Below are positions 47,690 to 57,530 of a DNA stretch of 64,000 nt, one piece after another; the stretch's first letter is position 1; every line of letters begins with the position of its first letter. This stretch comes from an uncultured Defluviitaleaceae bacterium (GTDB taxonomy: Bacteria; Bacillota; Clostridia; Lachnospirales; WRAX01). The notes beneath the pieces are model-generated. The model worked only from the letters and a program-made list of their open reading frames with translations. It searched no databases and was not told where the DNA came from. Position numbers and translations under genes: made by a program. Location: contig CAZOVK010000002.1 of the NCBI GenBank assembly GCA_964583165.1, positions 14,015 through 78,014 on the forward strand, read 5' to 3'.

Positions 47690-50227
47690 TCAATATCCCC
47701 CCGCCCAAATCCAGTTGGCATAAAGAGTGATGTCACTATAGATAGGCGTAAGCTCAGGTATCCACATGCGCCCGTCAGAGAAGACCCAGAACATAAACGA
47801 GTAACCGCGCAGTGTCGGGTTTTGCGGGGGTTTGACCCCGTATTCGCCCGCTTTTACGGTTTGGGGCGCTACGTAGCTACCGCCGAGGGTGTCGAATGTA
47901 ATGGTGTGTGTTTCGCCTGACGAAGAATCGCGACGCCACTCAGCGTAAAGCGTGGTGTTATGGTAGATGCCCTCACGGAAATCCCAAGCATAGCCGTAGT
48001 AATCCGTCCAGCGGACAAACTTGTAACCGCTTTTTGTCGGCGGTGTGGGTTCAGTCGCTCTCGCTCCCGAAGAAACGGTTTGTGAGGGCACGGAACTGCC
48101 GCCATCTGAATCAAACATAACCGTGTAACTCTTCGGTTGCCCCGGCGAAGTGGAAGAATTCCTAACCCAAGACGCATAGAGTGTCATGTTATAGAATACA
48201 CTGTCGTCAAAATCCCAGTCCCAGCCGTCCCAATCATACCAACACTCAAATGTGTAGCCGTTACGTGTGGGCGGTGTGGGTACAGTAACACGCCCGCCAT
48301 AAGTAACATATTGAGTGGCGACACTGCTACCGCCCTGTGAGTCAAAGCGCACGGTAAGTGTATTGGGGCCGGGCGAGCTTGTCGGGGTTGGAGTCGGTGT
48401 TGTTGTAGGTCTTGGTGTTGAGGTAGGCGTGGGTGTTGTTGTGGGTTTTGGCGTTGAGGTTGGGGTGGGTGTTGAAGTAGGCATCGGTGTCGGTTGAGTA
48501 CCGCCGCCGCCGCCCGCCGCTCTCACAGCCGCCGCCGCATCAACCGCGCCGTAGCCATAGTAATTGTCAAAGCCTGCAGTGCCCATATCAGTCGCCGTAT
48601 TTCTCAGAATATCCCGAATTTGCTTACCTGTCAAGCCCATATTTACGGATTTGACGAGCGCCGCAACACCACAAACGGCCGGTGTGGCCATGCTTGTTCC
48701 ACTGTAAGAAGCATATGCACCGTTCGGAACAGTCGAAATTATGTTCGAACCCGGAGCGGCAACATCAATCTCCGGCCCATAGTTTGAATAGGAATTGTCA
48801 AAGACGTTGCCTTGACGCAAAGCCGAAACAGCCATTGCGTTCGGTAGAGCCGCGGGGTAACCGGCATGGCTGTTGCTTTCGTTGCCCGCCGCGCAGACGA
48901 CGAGAACGCCCTTTGAAACGGCGTAGTTTATGGCCGTTTCTTCCAATGTGTCCTTGCCGTAGTAGTATGGTGAACCAAGGCTCATATTGATAATATGTGC
49001 GCCGTTGTTGACGGCGTAATAAATCCCTTCAACGATATCGGCTGAGGTGAATGAACCGACATTGCCGACATTCGCTTTTATGGCCATAATCGTCACGTTA
49101 GGCGCAATGCCCGCGCCGCCTTGACCGTTATTGGCAGTGGCGGCGATAATGCCCGCGCAGTGTGAGCCGTGACCATTCGTGTCGGCTACATTACTAAGCC
49201 CGACTTTTTTAGTGTTAGAATTGTAGGATAGCGGCGACAGGCGGTCTTTTAAGTCGGGGTGGCTCACGTCCGCCCCCGTATCAATGACCGCAACAATGAC
49301 ACCGGGCGAGCCTGTTGTCGTATTCCACGCCGTAGGCACGTTCATGTCCGTATGGAAATATTGAGAACTGTAGCGTGGGTCAGAGGCAGTCGCGTCTATT
49401 TTAAGAATGCGGTTCGGGAAAACAGGTGGTAAATCGCTAGTAGAATCCGCACTGACTTTAAGTGTTCTAACAACTTCGGCCCGTTCTGTCATCTCAATGA
49501 CCGCAATACCGCTGTTTTCAGAGTAAGAAATCAGCTTGCCACCATAGGCATCAGAAACGGCTTGTGCCTCTTTAAGTGTCGCGGTTTGTGTAATGACTTG
49601 ATTTTCGACATATTCAATGGGTTGTTCTTCGCTGTTTACGCCGCTAATACGCTGAATAATCTGGTTAACATCATTTTTGGCTTCATGCCCAATCGTCTTA
49701 ACGGGTGTTGAAATGGAGTCAACGGTTATGATACCGCCCTCATCTACGTAAGATACGCGGATGCCCTGTGCTTCAAGCACGTCGCGTAGTTTGACATATG
49801 TATAACCGTTAATCGCATAAGCCGACATTGAAACATTTCTGCCGCTCACGCGAATATTCGCGGCACTGGGCACGGCTAAGGCGGTTTGTGTCGCATCGGC
49901 TTTCAGCTCACTGCCGTCACCGATAGGTACGTAATTATTGTTCTCCGCAATGCTGATAACGCCGCTGTCATAACCCACATTAAAGGACTTAGGCTGGTTC
50001 CGTAGCGCCATAGCAATATCACGTAACTTGAAGTAGTTACTGCCCGCAATGGTGTAGCCTTGCAGTAGCTTTTGTGGCTGTCCGTTTATGTAGATAACGG
50101 AGTTGCTACGGACTGCGATTTCGCCCTGAGCGGCTACGGTAGGTAACGGTGATGAAATCATGCAAAGACTCAACAACAAGATGATGGTTAATTTAGCGAG
50201 ATGCTTCACAAAATCACGTCCTTTCAT
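47690..50227 (-). CDS. Secreted S8 subtilisin-like serine protease with N-terminal amine-oxidase-N-like domain, P/T linker and 3 InlB B-repeats
   Basis: Catalytic triad VAVIDTG / HGSHCAG / GTSMATP; FDSQGGS...PTRNGYTF..W repeats. Confidence 0.92.
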   Translation of the reverse strand: MKGRDFVKHLAKLTIILLLSLCMISSPLPTVAAQGEIAVRSNSVIYINGQPQKLLQGYTIAGSNYFKLRDIAMALRNQPKSFNVGYDSGVISIAENNNYVPIGDGSELKADATQTALAVPSAANIRVSGRNVSMSAYAINGYTYVKLRDVLEAQGIRVSYVDEGGIITVDSISTPVKTIGHEAKNDVNQIIQRISGVNSEEQPIEYVENQVITQTATLKEAQAVSDAYGGKLISYSENSGIAVIEMTERAEVVRTLKVSADSTSDLPPVFPNRILKIDATASDPRYSSQYFHTDMNVPTAWNTTTGSPGVIVAVIDTGADVSHPDLKDRLSPLSYNSNTKKVGLSNVADTNGHGSHCAGIIAATANNGQGGAGIAPNVTIMAIKANVGNVGSFTSADIVEGIYYAVNNGAHIINMSLGSPYYYGKDTLEETAINYAVSKGVLVVCAAGNESNSHAGYPAALPNAMAVSALRQGNVFDNSYSNYGPEIDVAAPGSNIISTVPNGAYASYSGTSMATPAVCGVAALVKSVNMGLTGKQIRDILRNTATDMGTAGFDNYYGYGAVDAAAAVRAAGGGGGTQPTPMPTSTPTPTSTPKPTTTPTPTSTPRPTTTPTPTPTSSPGPNTLTVRFDSQGGSSVATQYVTYGGRVTVPTPPTRNGYTFECWYDWDGWDWDFDDSVFYNMTLYASWVRNSSTSPGQPKSYTVMFDSDGGSSVPSQTVSSGARATEPTPPTKSGYKFVRWTDYYGYAWDFREGIYHNTTLYAEWRRDSSSGETHTITFDTLGGSYVAPQTVKAGEYGVKPPQNPTLRGYSFMFWVFSDGRMWIPELTPIYSDITLYANWIWAGGY

Positions 50228-50308
50228 ATGTATTATACTACTTTAATACACTAAACGCAATTGTGTTTTTGACGGTATATGGTAAAATAGGTATAGGGGG
50301 TAATTTCT

Positions 50309-50851
50309 TTGAAATTTTTAATCGAACAACTCAACGCCCAAGAATGGAAGGGCTACGCAATTGATTTTACCTATACGGCGCATAATTATCTGGACGTAAA
50401 GATGGAAGCCCGAGAGGGTAGTTTCTATTTCTCGTTCGTGAAAACGCCGTTTGAAAGACCGCTAAACAAGACGTTTACGGACACGCTGTTTCAAGATTTC
50501 TATGACGATATAGTCGTGTGGGGCGTTGTCGAAAACGGGGTAATTAAGGCGGTAATAGAAACATGTGTTGAGAGCTGGAACCAGCGTTTACGTGTCTGTG
50601 AACTGTGGATTTGTGAGGAATACCGCCGTATGGGTCTGGGCAAACGCCTTATGGATTTAGCAAAAAACCGCGCAAGAGAGTTGCAACTACGCGCCATAAT
50701 TCTGGAAACACAGACGTGTAACGAAAACGCGATAGCTTTCTACCTGTCGCAAGGGTTTTTGCCTGTAGGGTTCAATGCGATTGAATATTCAAACACAGAC
50801 ATTGAAAAACATGAAGTACGTATCGAAATGGGTTTGATTTTTCAGAATTAA
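50309..50851 (+). CDS. GNAT acetyltransferase (streptothricin-acetyltransferase-like)
   Basis: ELWICEEYRRMGLGKRL, ETQTCNENAIAFYLSQGF. Confidence 0.85.
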   Translation: MKFLIEQLNAQEWKGYAIDFTYTAHNYLDVKMEAREGSFYFSFVKTPFERPLNKTFTDTLFQDFYDDIVVWGVVENGVIKAVIETCVESWNQRLRVCELWICEEYRRMGLGKRLMDLAKNRARELQLRAIILETQTCNENAIAFYLSQGFLPVGFNAIEYSNTDIEKHEVRIEMGLIFQN

Positions 50852-50861
50852 GCAAATAGGC

Positions 50862-50925
50862 GGCAGGCTTCGAGCACTCAATTTGCCGCCTAAAGGCGAC
50901 TTTATTCAGCCAAACCGCCTTTATG
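50862..50925. terminator. Paired hairpins between convergent GNAT and holA
   Basis: taggcggca/tgccgccta followed by aaaggcg/cgccttt. Confidence 0.55.
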
Positions 50926-50935
50926 CGGTCACATG

Positions 50936-51964
50936 TTACGAAGCAATACGGATAATGAGTTGTTCAATGGCGGTATTTGGGTTAACAGGTGTTGACTTCA
51001 TCGCTACATCTGTTTCAAGACAAAGCCTATAGGCTTCGATAAACCGTTCGAGTTTCATTGACCGCGCCTGCTTCATGTAATTGGTGACCATAAACGAGCG
51101 CAAGTCCAACGCGCGCGCTATTTCATTTGAGCTTATGCCGCGCCTGTCCATCTCGGCGCATTGAATAATCAAGCGCAATTGACGTGCAATCATAACCAGC
51201 GCGAAAAACGCCGACTCCCCGGAAGCTATAAGATTATTCAATTCCGCAAGTGCCTTTTCTGTTTTGCCCTCACCGATAGCATCAACAAGTGTAAAAATAC
51301 GTGCTTCGGCGCTTTTGGAGCAGATTTCGTCAATGTCGGAGATTGTTATACTACTGTCCGTAAAGCCTGCCAGTTTCTCCAATTCTGTCACAAGCTTGTT
51401 CAAATCCGCGCCAACGCTTCTTACGAGGTGTAAGGCGGCGGCATTCGGGAGATTTCTTTTGAGCCGCTTGGCTTCACGCGCCACGAACGCCATCAAATCA
51501 GGTTCAGAAAGCCTTGTAAACTCAAACGCCAACCCATTCTTATCAACAGCCTTATAAAAACGGTTACGCTTATCCGCTTCAGCTTCAATGAATAACAAGA
51601 TAGCCGTTTCGGGTATGTTCTTCAGGTACTCCAACAAAGCCACGCCACGTGTATCGGCTGTTTTGGGTTTTTTTGGCGCGTCGTCTTCGTCCTTCTTTTC
51701 CGGCTTAAACAACCCCGAGCGTGAAAATACCACAAGCCGCCTTTCAGAGAAAAACGGCATAGTGTCCACTGCCGCGATAACATCCGCAATGTCTGTGTTA
51801 TCGCCCTCAAACCGCGTTATATTCATATCGCCGCCCACTGTGTTCTCCAGTTCACGTCGATATTGTTTTATTAAATAGTCCTCCGAGCCGTAAAACAGAT
51901 ATAACCGCTTTTCCCCCGTGCGAATCGTGTCACGCAAACGCCCGAGGTCGTCCCTACTGCTCAT
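50936..51964 (-). CDS. holA: DNA polymerase III delta subunit
   Basis: YLFYGSEDYL, TMPFFSERRLVV, DKRNRFYK, ELEKL; follows comEC. Confidence 0.92.
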   Translation of the reverse strand: MSSRDDLGRLRDTIRTGEKRLYLFYGSEDYLIKQYRRELENTVGGDMNITRFEGDNTDIADVIAAVDTMPFFSERRLVVFSRSGLFKPEKKDEDDAPKKPKTADTRGVALLEYLKNIPETAILLFIEAEADKRNRFYKAVDKNGLAFEFTRLSEPDLMAFVAREAKRLKRNLPNAAALHLVRSVGADLNKLVTELEKLAGFTDSSITISDIDEICSKSAEARIFTLVDAIGEGKTEKALAELNNLIASGESAFFALVMIARQLRLIIQCAEMDRRGISSNEIARALDLRSFMVTNYMKQARSMKLERFIEAYRLCLETDVAMKSTPVNPNTAIEQLIIRIAS

Positions 51965-54323
51965 TCTTTACCTCCAGTGAAAATGTTTTGCCGTCAGTCT
52001 CTATTATTATCGCGCCGTTCGCGAAAGTGTTATACAACGGGATACCGAGTTCGCGCAAACGCGCCTTAGTTTCGGGGTTTGGGTGGTTGTAGAGTGAAGG
52101 TGAACCCGCGCTTACAACAGATACAACAGGGTTCACAGTGCTCAAAAAGCTCATACTGTTAGAAGACTTTGACCCGTGGTGATTCAGTTTAAGTATACTC
52201 GCGCTCAAATCAACGTCCGAAAAAAGCATAAAAGCTTCCATATTAGACGGTATATCCCCGCAAAGTAACATTTTCACATCGCCGTATTGCGCCGAAAGAC
52301 CCAATGAGCGGTTCTCGTCATTCCCATATACAGGCTCGTCAGAGAACAGGCATGTAAACTTTACGCCAAAATACTCGTCCGTGTCTAAAGTGTTCATATA
52401 CTCAATCGGAATATCCCGTATATTACAGTTTTCCGTAAGTTTTCCAAGCAGTTTATCACTTCCATACGGCAATGCCGAAAGTACAACCTTTTTAATATGA
52501 AACTGCTCATCTGCCGTAAGCTCGATAATCCCCGTCGAATGGTCGGCATCCAGATGTGACACATACACTGCCTCAACTGTGGTAATCCCTTGATACTTCA
52601 AAAACGGTACAAGAACCGTTACCCCGACATTCTCGCCGATTTGGGGGCCCATCACCCCGCCGCCGTCAACGATTACGGCGCGGTGATTTCGGTAGAAAAC
52701 AACACAATCGCCCTGTCCGACATCAAGTAGGGCAATGCTCAATTGTTGTGGCAAAAACACGGGCACAAGCGCAACAACAAGGGCAACTGCGCAAAGTGCG
52801 CCAAAAATCTTCCTGTTCAATGGCTTCTTGTCATAATAAATCCATGTACCCACTATAAGGATTCCAGCCATGCCAATCATACTCAGTATGTCAGGTCGCC
52901 CAGTAATAATCGTAGCAAACGGTATGCTCGTGATTATTCGGCACATATCCTCATAAAGATTCAGAAGAACATAAAGTGTGCCCGAAATAAACGCCGCCGC
53001 GGTGAGATTAATCAACCCCAGAACGCCCACAATCAGACCCAGTATAATCAAAATCGTGGCGTTCCCTGCTATAATGAGGTTTGCAATGAGCGCGTATGTA
53101 GGCATTTGATAGTAGAAATACATACAAACGGGTGTTGTGGCGAGCATAGCCGCCGCGCATGAAGGCAGATACTTCGCGACATACCTAAGTTTGAAGAAGC
53201 GCCCGATAAACGGTACAGACTCAAGATACCGCCTTTGGACATACCCAAGAGGTTTTTCCAAGAACATCAGCCCGAGCAAGCCCGTAAATGAATATAGAAA
53301 GCCCGAGTCGAACAGATACAGCGGTTCATAAATCAACAACACAAACGCCGCCAAGGCCGCGCCTGTGGGTTTATCCACGTCGGCGGGCGTAATATCCGTC
53401 AAAAGCGCAAGCAAACACATCAAACCAGCCCGTGTCACAGCAACACCAAAGCCAACAAGCCAACAATACAAGAACAGCGCGATTATTGAAACAACGGCCG
53501 CCTGTTTTTGTCGCAAAAACACCTTCAACAGAGAATACAGCCCGAACACCACAATTGTAACATGCGTACCAGACACAACGACGATATGATAAATCCCGCT
53601 GTCGGCGAAGAGCTGTTGCATATCGCTTTCCAGCCCGCTCCTGTCGCCCAAAATCATGGTTTTCATAAGCCCAGCTTGACGTGGAGGCAAAACGCTGTCA
53701 TAAATATACGCGAGCCGCTGACGCAAAGAACTGATTATGCCGTCGGGTGTTACGCTGACATCACCCAGAGTGAAACGGTCAACATACACCTTATATTGAA
53801 CCTTTCGAGAGCGGTAATACGTGAACTCATCAAAGTCACCCGGGTTTCGGGGCGATGAGAGCGGCGAAAGTGTGCCCGAAAAGCTTATCTGCTGACCGAT
53901 TGAAGGTTCTTTCTTGCCTTCCATAAATATGACGAGCTTGATTTTCTGCCTGATAATATTGTCTGGATATGTAATGTTTTGAATGCTTTTTGTATTTACA
54001 AAAACGCGGTAGCCGTCTTCTGTTTTGCTGACATCAGCAACCGTCGCGTCAACCTTTACGGTTGAATTTAGATTAGCCCACGACTCAATCAACATATTTC
54101 GAGGAGATAGGTTCACGCTTGTAACAGACAGCCCAAACAAGAACAACACAGGGAAAGCCCAAACGCTTACAGTCTTGAAGGTTTTATACAGTCCAACCGT
54201 CAAAAACACAGCGGCGGCAACCAACAAAGCGCACGGCAACAAGGCCCAGTGATTAAACATGAGCCGCCCAATACCAATCCCAGCGACAAGATAAGCCAAA
54301 GCAATAACCAAAGGTCTTTTCAT
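51954..54323 (-). CDS. comEC: DNA internalisation competence protein ComEC/Rec2
   Basis: PRNPGDFD, HIVVVSGTH, SVTRA-like, DVGQGD, SHLDADH, HHGS. Confidence 0.93.
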   Translation of the reverse strand: MKRPLVIALAYLVAGIGIGRLMFNHWALLPCALLVAAAVFLTVGLYKTFKTVSVWAFPVLFLFGLSVTSVNLSPRNMLIESWANLNSTVKVDATVADVSKTEDGYRVFVNTKSIQNITYPDNIIRQKIKLVIFMEGKKEPSIGQQISFSGTLSPLSSPRNPGDFDEFTYYRSRKVQYKVYVDRFTLGDVSVTPDGIISSLRQRLAYIYDSVLPPRQAGLMKTMILGDRSGLESDMQQLFADSGIYHIVVVSGTHVTIVVFGLYSLLKVFLRQKQAAVVSIIALFLYCWLVGFGVAVTRAGLMCLLALLTDITPADVDKPTGAALAAFVLLIYEPLYLFDSGFLYSFTGLLGLMFLEKPLGYVQRRYLESVPFIGRFFKLRYVAKYLPSCAAAMLATTPVCMYFYYQMPTYALIANLIIAGNATILIILGLIVGVLGLINLTAAAFISGTLYVLLNLYEDMCRIITSIPFATIITGRPDILSMIGMAGILIVGTWIYYDKKPLNRKIFGALCAVALVVALVPVFLPQQLSIALLDVGQGDCVVFYRNHRAVIVDGGGVMGPQIGENVGVTVLVPFLKYQGITTVEAVYVSHLDADHSTGIIELTADEQFHIKKVVLSALPYGSDKLLGKLTENCNIRDIPIEYMNTLDTDEYFGVKFTCLFSDEPVYGNDENRSLGLSAQYGDVKMLLCGDIPSNMEAFMLFSDVDLSASILKLNHHGSKSSNSMSFLSTVNPVVSVVSAGSPSLYNHPNPETKARLRELGIPLYNTFANGAIIIETDGKTFSLEVKNEQ

Positions 54324-54388
54324 AATACCATTATAAACCGCCCAAAAGAAATTTGCAAGTACGACAAAATGTGTTATAATTATGACCT

Positions 54389-55999
54389 ATGGAGGTGTTG
54401 TATTTGCAGTACGATTTAGTTATTAAGGGCGGGCGTTATTTTGCGCCCGACGGAATGTTTCACGACAACAACGCGATTTTCGTTAAAGACGGGCGCATTT
54501 CATACATAGCGCGCGCGAACGAAACGGGTTTGCCCGAAGCGGCGAAAACAATTGACGCGTCGGGTATGACAATTTTACCGGGGCTTAAAGACAGCCATTT
54601 GCATTTGTTGGGCTTTGGTATGACTCAGGCTATGGTAGATTTGCGCGGGCTTGACAGTATAGAGGCCGTCAAGAATGCGCTTGTGGAGTTCATTAAGGTA
54701 CACAATATAAAGCCGGGCGAATGGGTAATAGGGCGCGGTTGGAACCAGAATCTTTTCTCGGATAGGGCATTGCCTACAGCCAAGGATTTGGATGTTGTGG
54801 CAGATAACCCCGTTATTATTACGCGTGTTTGCGGGCATATCGGTTGTGTGAACAGCGCGGCGCTCAAGCTTATGGGCATAACGAAAGACACACCCGACCC
54901 GGACGGTGGCGTGTTCTCGCGTGACGAGAATGGCGAACTGACGGGTATGTTGTTGGAGGGCGCGTTGGGTTACGGGTATTCGAGTATGTCCCCTCCGACG
55001 TTTGAACAGCTTGAAGCCGCCTTGAAAATGGCGATGAAACATGCGGTTTCGAGGGGTTTGACCGGTGTCCATACAGATGATTTGGGCTATGCGGGTGGGT
55101 ATATGAATGCCGTGAAGCTATATGAGCGGTTGTTTGAAACAGACTCGTTAGACATGCCCGTATATCTCGAAATGCTTGTGCCTGATTTGAAAGAATTGAA
55201 GGCTTTACTTGCCGAGTTGAACGACTACATGCCTATGAACCCGAAAATCCGTATAGGTAATGTCAAGATTCTGCTGGACGGTTCACTTGGCGCAAGAACG
55301 GCGGCTATGCTTGAACCATACGCGGACGCACCGGGCGAAATAGGGCTTTTGAACACAAAGCCCGAAGAACTTGACGAAATGGTTGAACTCGCGCATAACG
55401 CGGGTTATCAACTAGCGATTCACACAATCGGCGACCGTGCCCTCAAACATGCGCTTGACGCAATTGAAAAGGCGCAGGATAAACACCCGCGCCAGAATAC
55501 GCGCCATAGAATCGTTCACTGTCAATTCGCCAGTGAAGAACTGTTCGCAAAAATGGCAAGACTCGGCGTTCTCGGCGACGTTCAGCCCTGTTTTGTGCCA
55601 ACTGACATGCCCATTATCGAATCGAGGGTAGGGGTAGAACGCGCGAAGTGGTCATATGCGTGGAAGACCATGCAGCAGATGGGCATACACATCTCTGGTG
55701 GCACCGATTGCCCGATTGAAGCGCTTGACCCACTGCCTAATATAGCGGCGGCTATGTATCGCGCGGGCTTTAACATGAGTGAAAGCCTGAATATAGCCGA
55801 AAGTATCAAACTGCTCTCAGAAGATGTTTGTTACGCGGACTTCACAGAGAAGACTAACGGCACTATAGCCAACTTCATGACGGCCGATTTCACAATTGTG
55901 CCCGGTGATTTAGAGAACGACACAGAGAACGTGCTCAACGCAAATAAGATAGCCTATACTATCGTTGGCGGGCGCGTGGTTTATTCGGCGACCGAATAA
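54389..55999 (+). CDS. Amidohydrolase family 3 (YtcJ-like)
   Basis: PGLKDSHLH, DGSLGARTA, HTIGDRA, HRIVHCQ, GTDCP. Confidence 0.9.
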   Translation: MEVLYLQYDLVIKGGRYFAPDGMFHDNNAIFVKDGRISYIARANETGLPEAAKTIDASGMTILPGLKDSHLHLLGFGMTQAMVDLRGLDSIEAVKNALVEFIKVHNIKPGEWVIGRGWNQNLFSDRALPTAKDLDVVADNPVIITRVCGHIGCVNSAALKLMGITKDTPDPDGGVFSRDENGELTGMLLEGALGYGYSSMSPPTFEQLEAALKMAMKHAVSRGLTGVHTDDLGYAGGYMNAVKLYERLFETDSLDMPVYLEMLVPDLKELKALLAELNDYMPMNPKIRIGNVKILLDGSLGARTAAMLEPYADAPGEIGLLNTKPEELDEMVELAHNAGYQLAIHTIGDRALKHALDAIEKAQDKHPRQNTRHRIVHCQFASEELFAKMARLGVLGDVQPCFVPTDMPIIESRVGVERAKWSYAWKTMQQMGIHISGGTDCPIEALDPLPNIAAAMYRAGFNMSESLNIAESIKLLSEDVCYADFTEKTNGTIANFMTADFTIVPGDLENDTENVLNANKIAYTIVGGRVVYSATE

Positions 56000-56226
56000 T
56001 TGCGCCCGTTCTTCTCATAAACAGTAACACCAATGTTCATTTCGGCTAAAACGGCTTGTGCTCGTGTTAAATCGGCTTCATAAACACGTAGCGCAAGCCC
56101 ACAGCCGCTTGCGATTTGCGGCGGCAAGCCCATTGCGCGAACAGAAACGCCGGCGTCACCAAGCGCGATTTCACCTTGCATGGCGGCGCTCATGCTAGAA
56201 AATACCAGTACAAATTCTGTGGCCAC
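55981..56226 (-). CDS. DUF3343 family protein
   Basis: FSSMSAAMQGE...PPQIASGCGLALR. Confidence 0.8.
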   Translation of the reverse strand: MATEFVLVFSSMSAAMQGEIALGDAGVSVRAMGLPPQIASGCGLALRVYEADLTRAQAVLAEMNIGVTVYEKNGRNYSVAE

Positions 56227-57353
56227 TACCTCGCCCCCCTTGAAATCTCGCGCAATGCATTGATTGCGAACCGTATTTCTTCTATATTATTGTAGTAAGA
56301 AAACGAGAATCTCACCAACCCCGTCTTATCTGTGCGGAAACGCTTATGCAACAGCGGCGCACAGTGAGCGCCCGAGCGTGTGGCGATTTCGTAGTCGTTC
56401 CAGAGCCATTCGCCGAGCTCTGACGCGTCTATATAAGCGTGGGCGATTGACACAACGGGTAGGCGGTGTTTATTATGAAAATCGCCATAAAGCCTGAACC
56501 CGTCAATACTTTTCACACCCTCAACAAATTCATGTGCAAGCCCCAAATCATGCGCAAAAATCGCATCAATGCCAATCTTTTCAACAAATTCAATACCCTT
56601 TAACAGCCCATAAATCCCGTGGGCGTTCAGCGTACCCGCCTCGAACATATCGGGCATAACAGCCGCCTGAAAACGCGAAAAGCTGTCAGAACCTGCCCCG
56701 CCCGTTTTTTTTATTTGTATGTCGAGCGGTTTCTCTGTGATAATCCCGCCTGTGCCTTGCGGGCCAAACAGCCCCTTATGCCCCGTAAACAGAATCACAT
56801 CAGCCATATCGGCATTAACACGCGTGTGACCCATTGTTTGTGATGCGTCAAGAATCATCATAATACCGTTCGCACGGCAAATATCGCGAAATGAGTATAC
56901 ATCAAGGATATTGCCCGTAAGATTGGAGCCATGAGAACACACAAAGAAGCGCGTATCCTCGGTTATCGCGTCAGCGAAAACTGCGGGATTTATAACGCCG
57001 TTTTCGTCACTGTCCAGTACAGACAGCTTACAACCTGTCAAATAGAGCGGTCTAAGCACTGAATTATGCTCCGTGACGGTTGTTATTACGTGGCAGTTAC
57101 TGTCAATTAACCCGCCAATAACCAGATTTAACCCCTCAGTCGCAGAACTCACAAACGCTACATTGAGCGGATTACTAAGCCCGACAAGCCGCGCCACAGC
57201 CGCCCGCGCTCGCGCCACAGCCCGCGAAGCGTTAAGCGCTGGTTCATGAAACGAGCGCCCCGCATTCCCAAAATGGTTGAGCGCGAACGCCACAGCTTCT
57301 GTGACCTCCGGGGGCTTGGGCAAAGTCGTTGAGCCATTGTCAAAATATATCAT
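56226..57353 (-). CDS. Class-V aminotransferase, cysteine desulfurase/selenocysteine lyase family
   Basis: IYFDNGSTT, DASQTMG, TGHKGLFGPQGTG, EAGTLN, RSGAHCAP. Confidence 0.9.
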   Translation of the reverse strand: MIYFDNGSTTLPKPPEVTEAVAFALNHFGNAGRSFHEPALNASRAVARARAAVARLVGLSNPLNVAFVSSATEGLNLVIGGLIDSNCHVITTVTEHNSVLRPLYLTGCKLSVLDSDENGVINPAVFADAITEDTRFFVCSHGSNLTGNILDVYSFRDICRANGIMMILDASQTMGHTRVNADMADVILFTGHKGLFGPQGTGGIITEKPLDIQIKKTGGAGSDSFSRFQAAVMPDMFEAGTLNAHGIYGLLKGIEFVEKIGIDAIFAHDLGLAHEFVEGVKSIDGFRLYGDFHNKHRLPVVSIAHAYIDASELGEWLWNDYEIATRSGAHCAPLLHKRFRTDKTGLVRFSFSYYNNIEEIRFAINALREISRGAR

Positions 57354-57530
57354 AAAAGCTACCTTTCAACAAATATCCATATCAGTATACAATATAACCG
57401 ACTGTTCGTGAATTGTCAATGATGGAGGTTGGGGCATATTCGAATGTTGACACGAAAATAATTTGTTCTGCGTGTGAATTTGTGGTATAATATACCAAGA
57501 AGTAAGCCAAAAATTTTGGGGGAGATTACT

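Noticed and set aside
48380-48500. (PT)n-coding low-complexity repeats in the S8 protease, DUF3048 and OppA genes
   Set aside because: These are ordinary flexible linkers.
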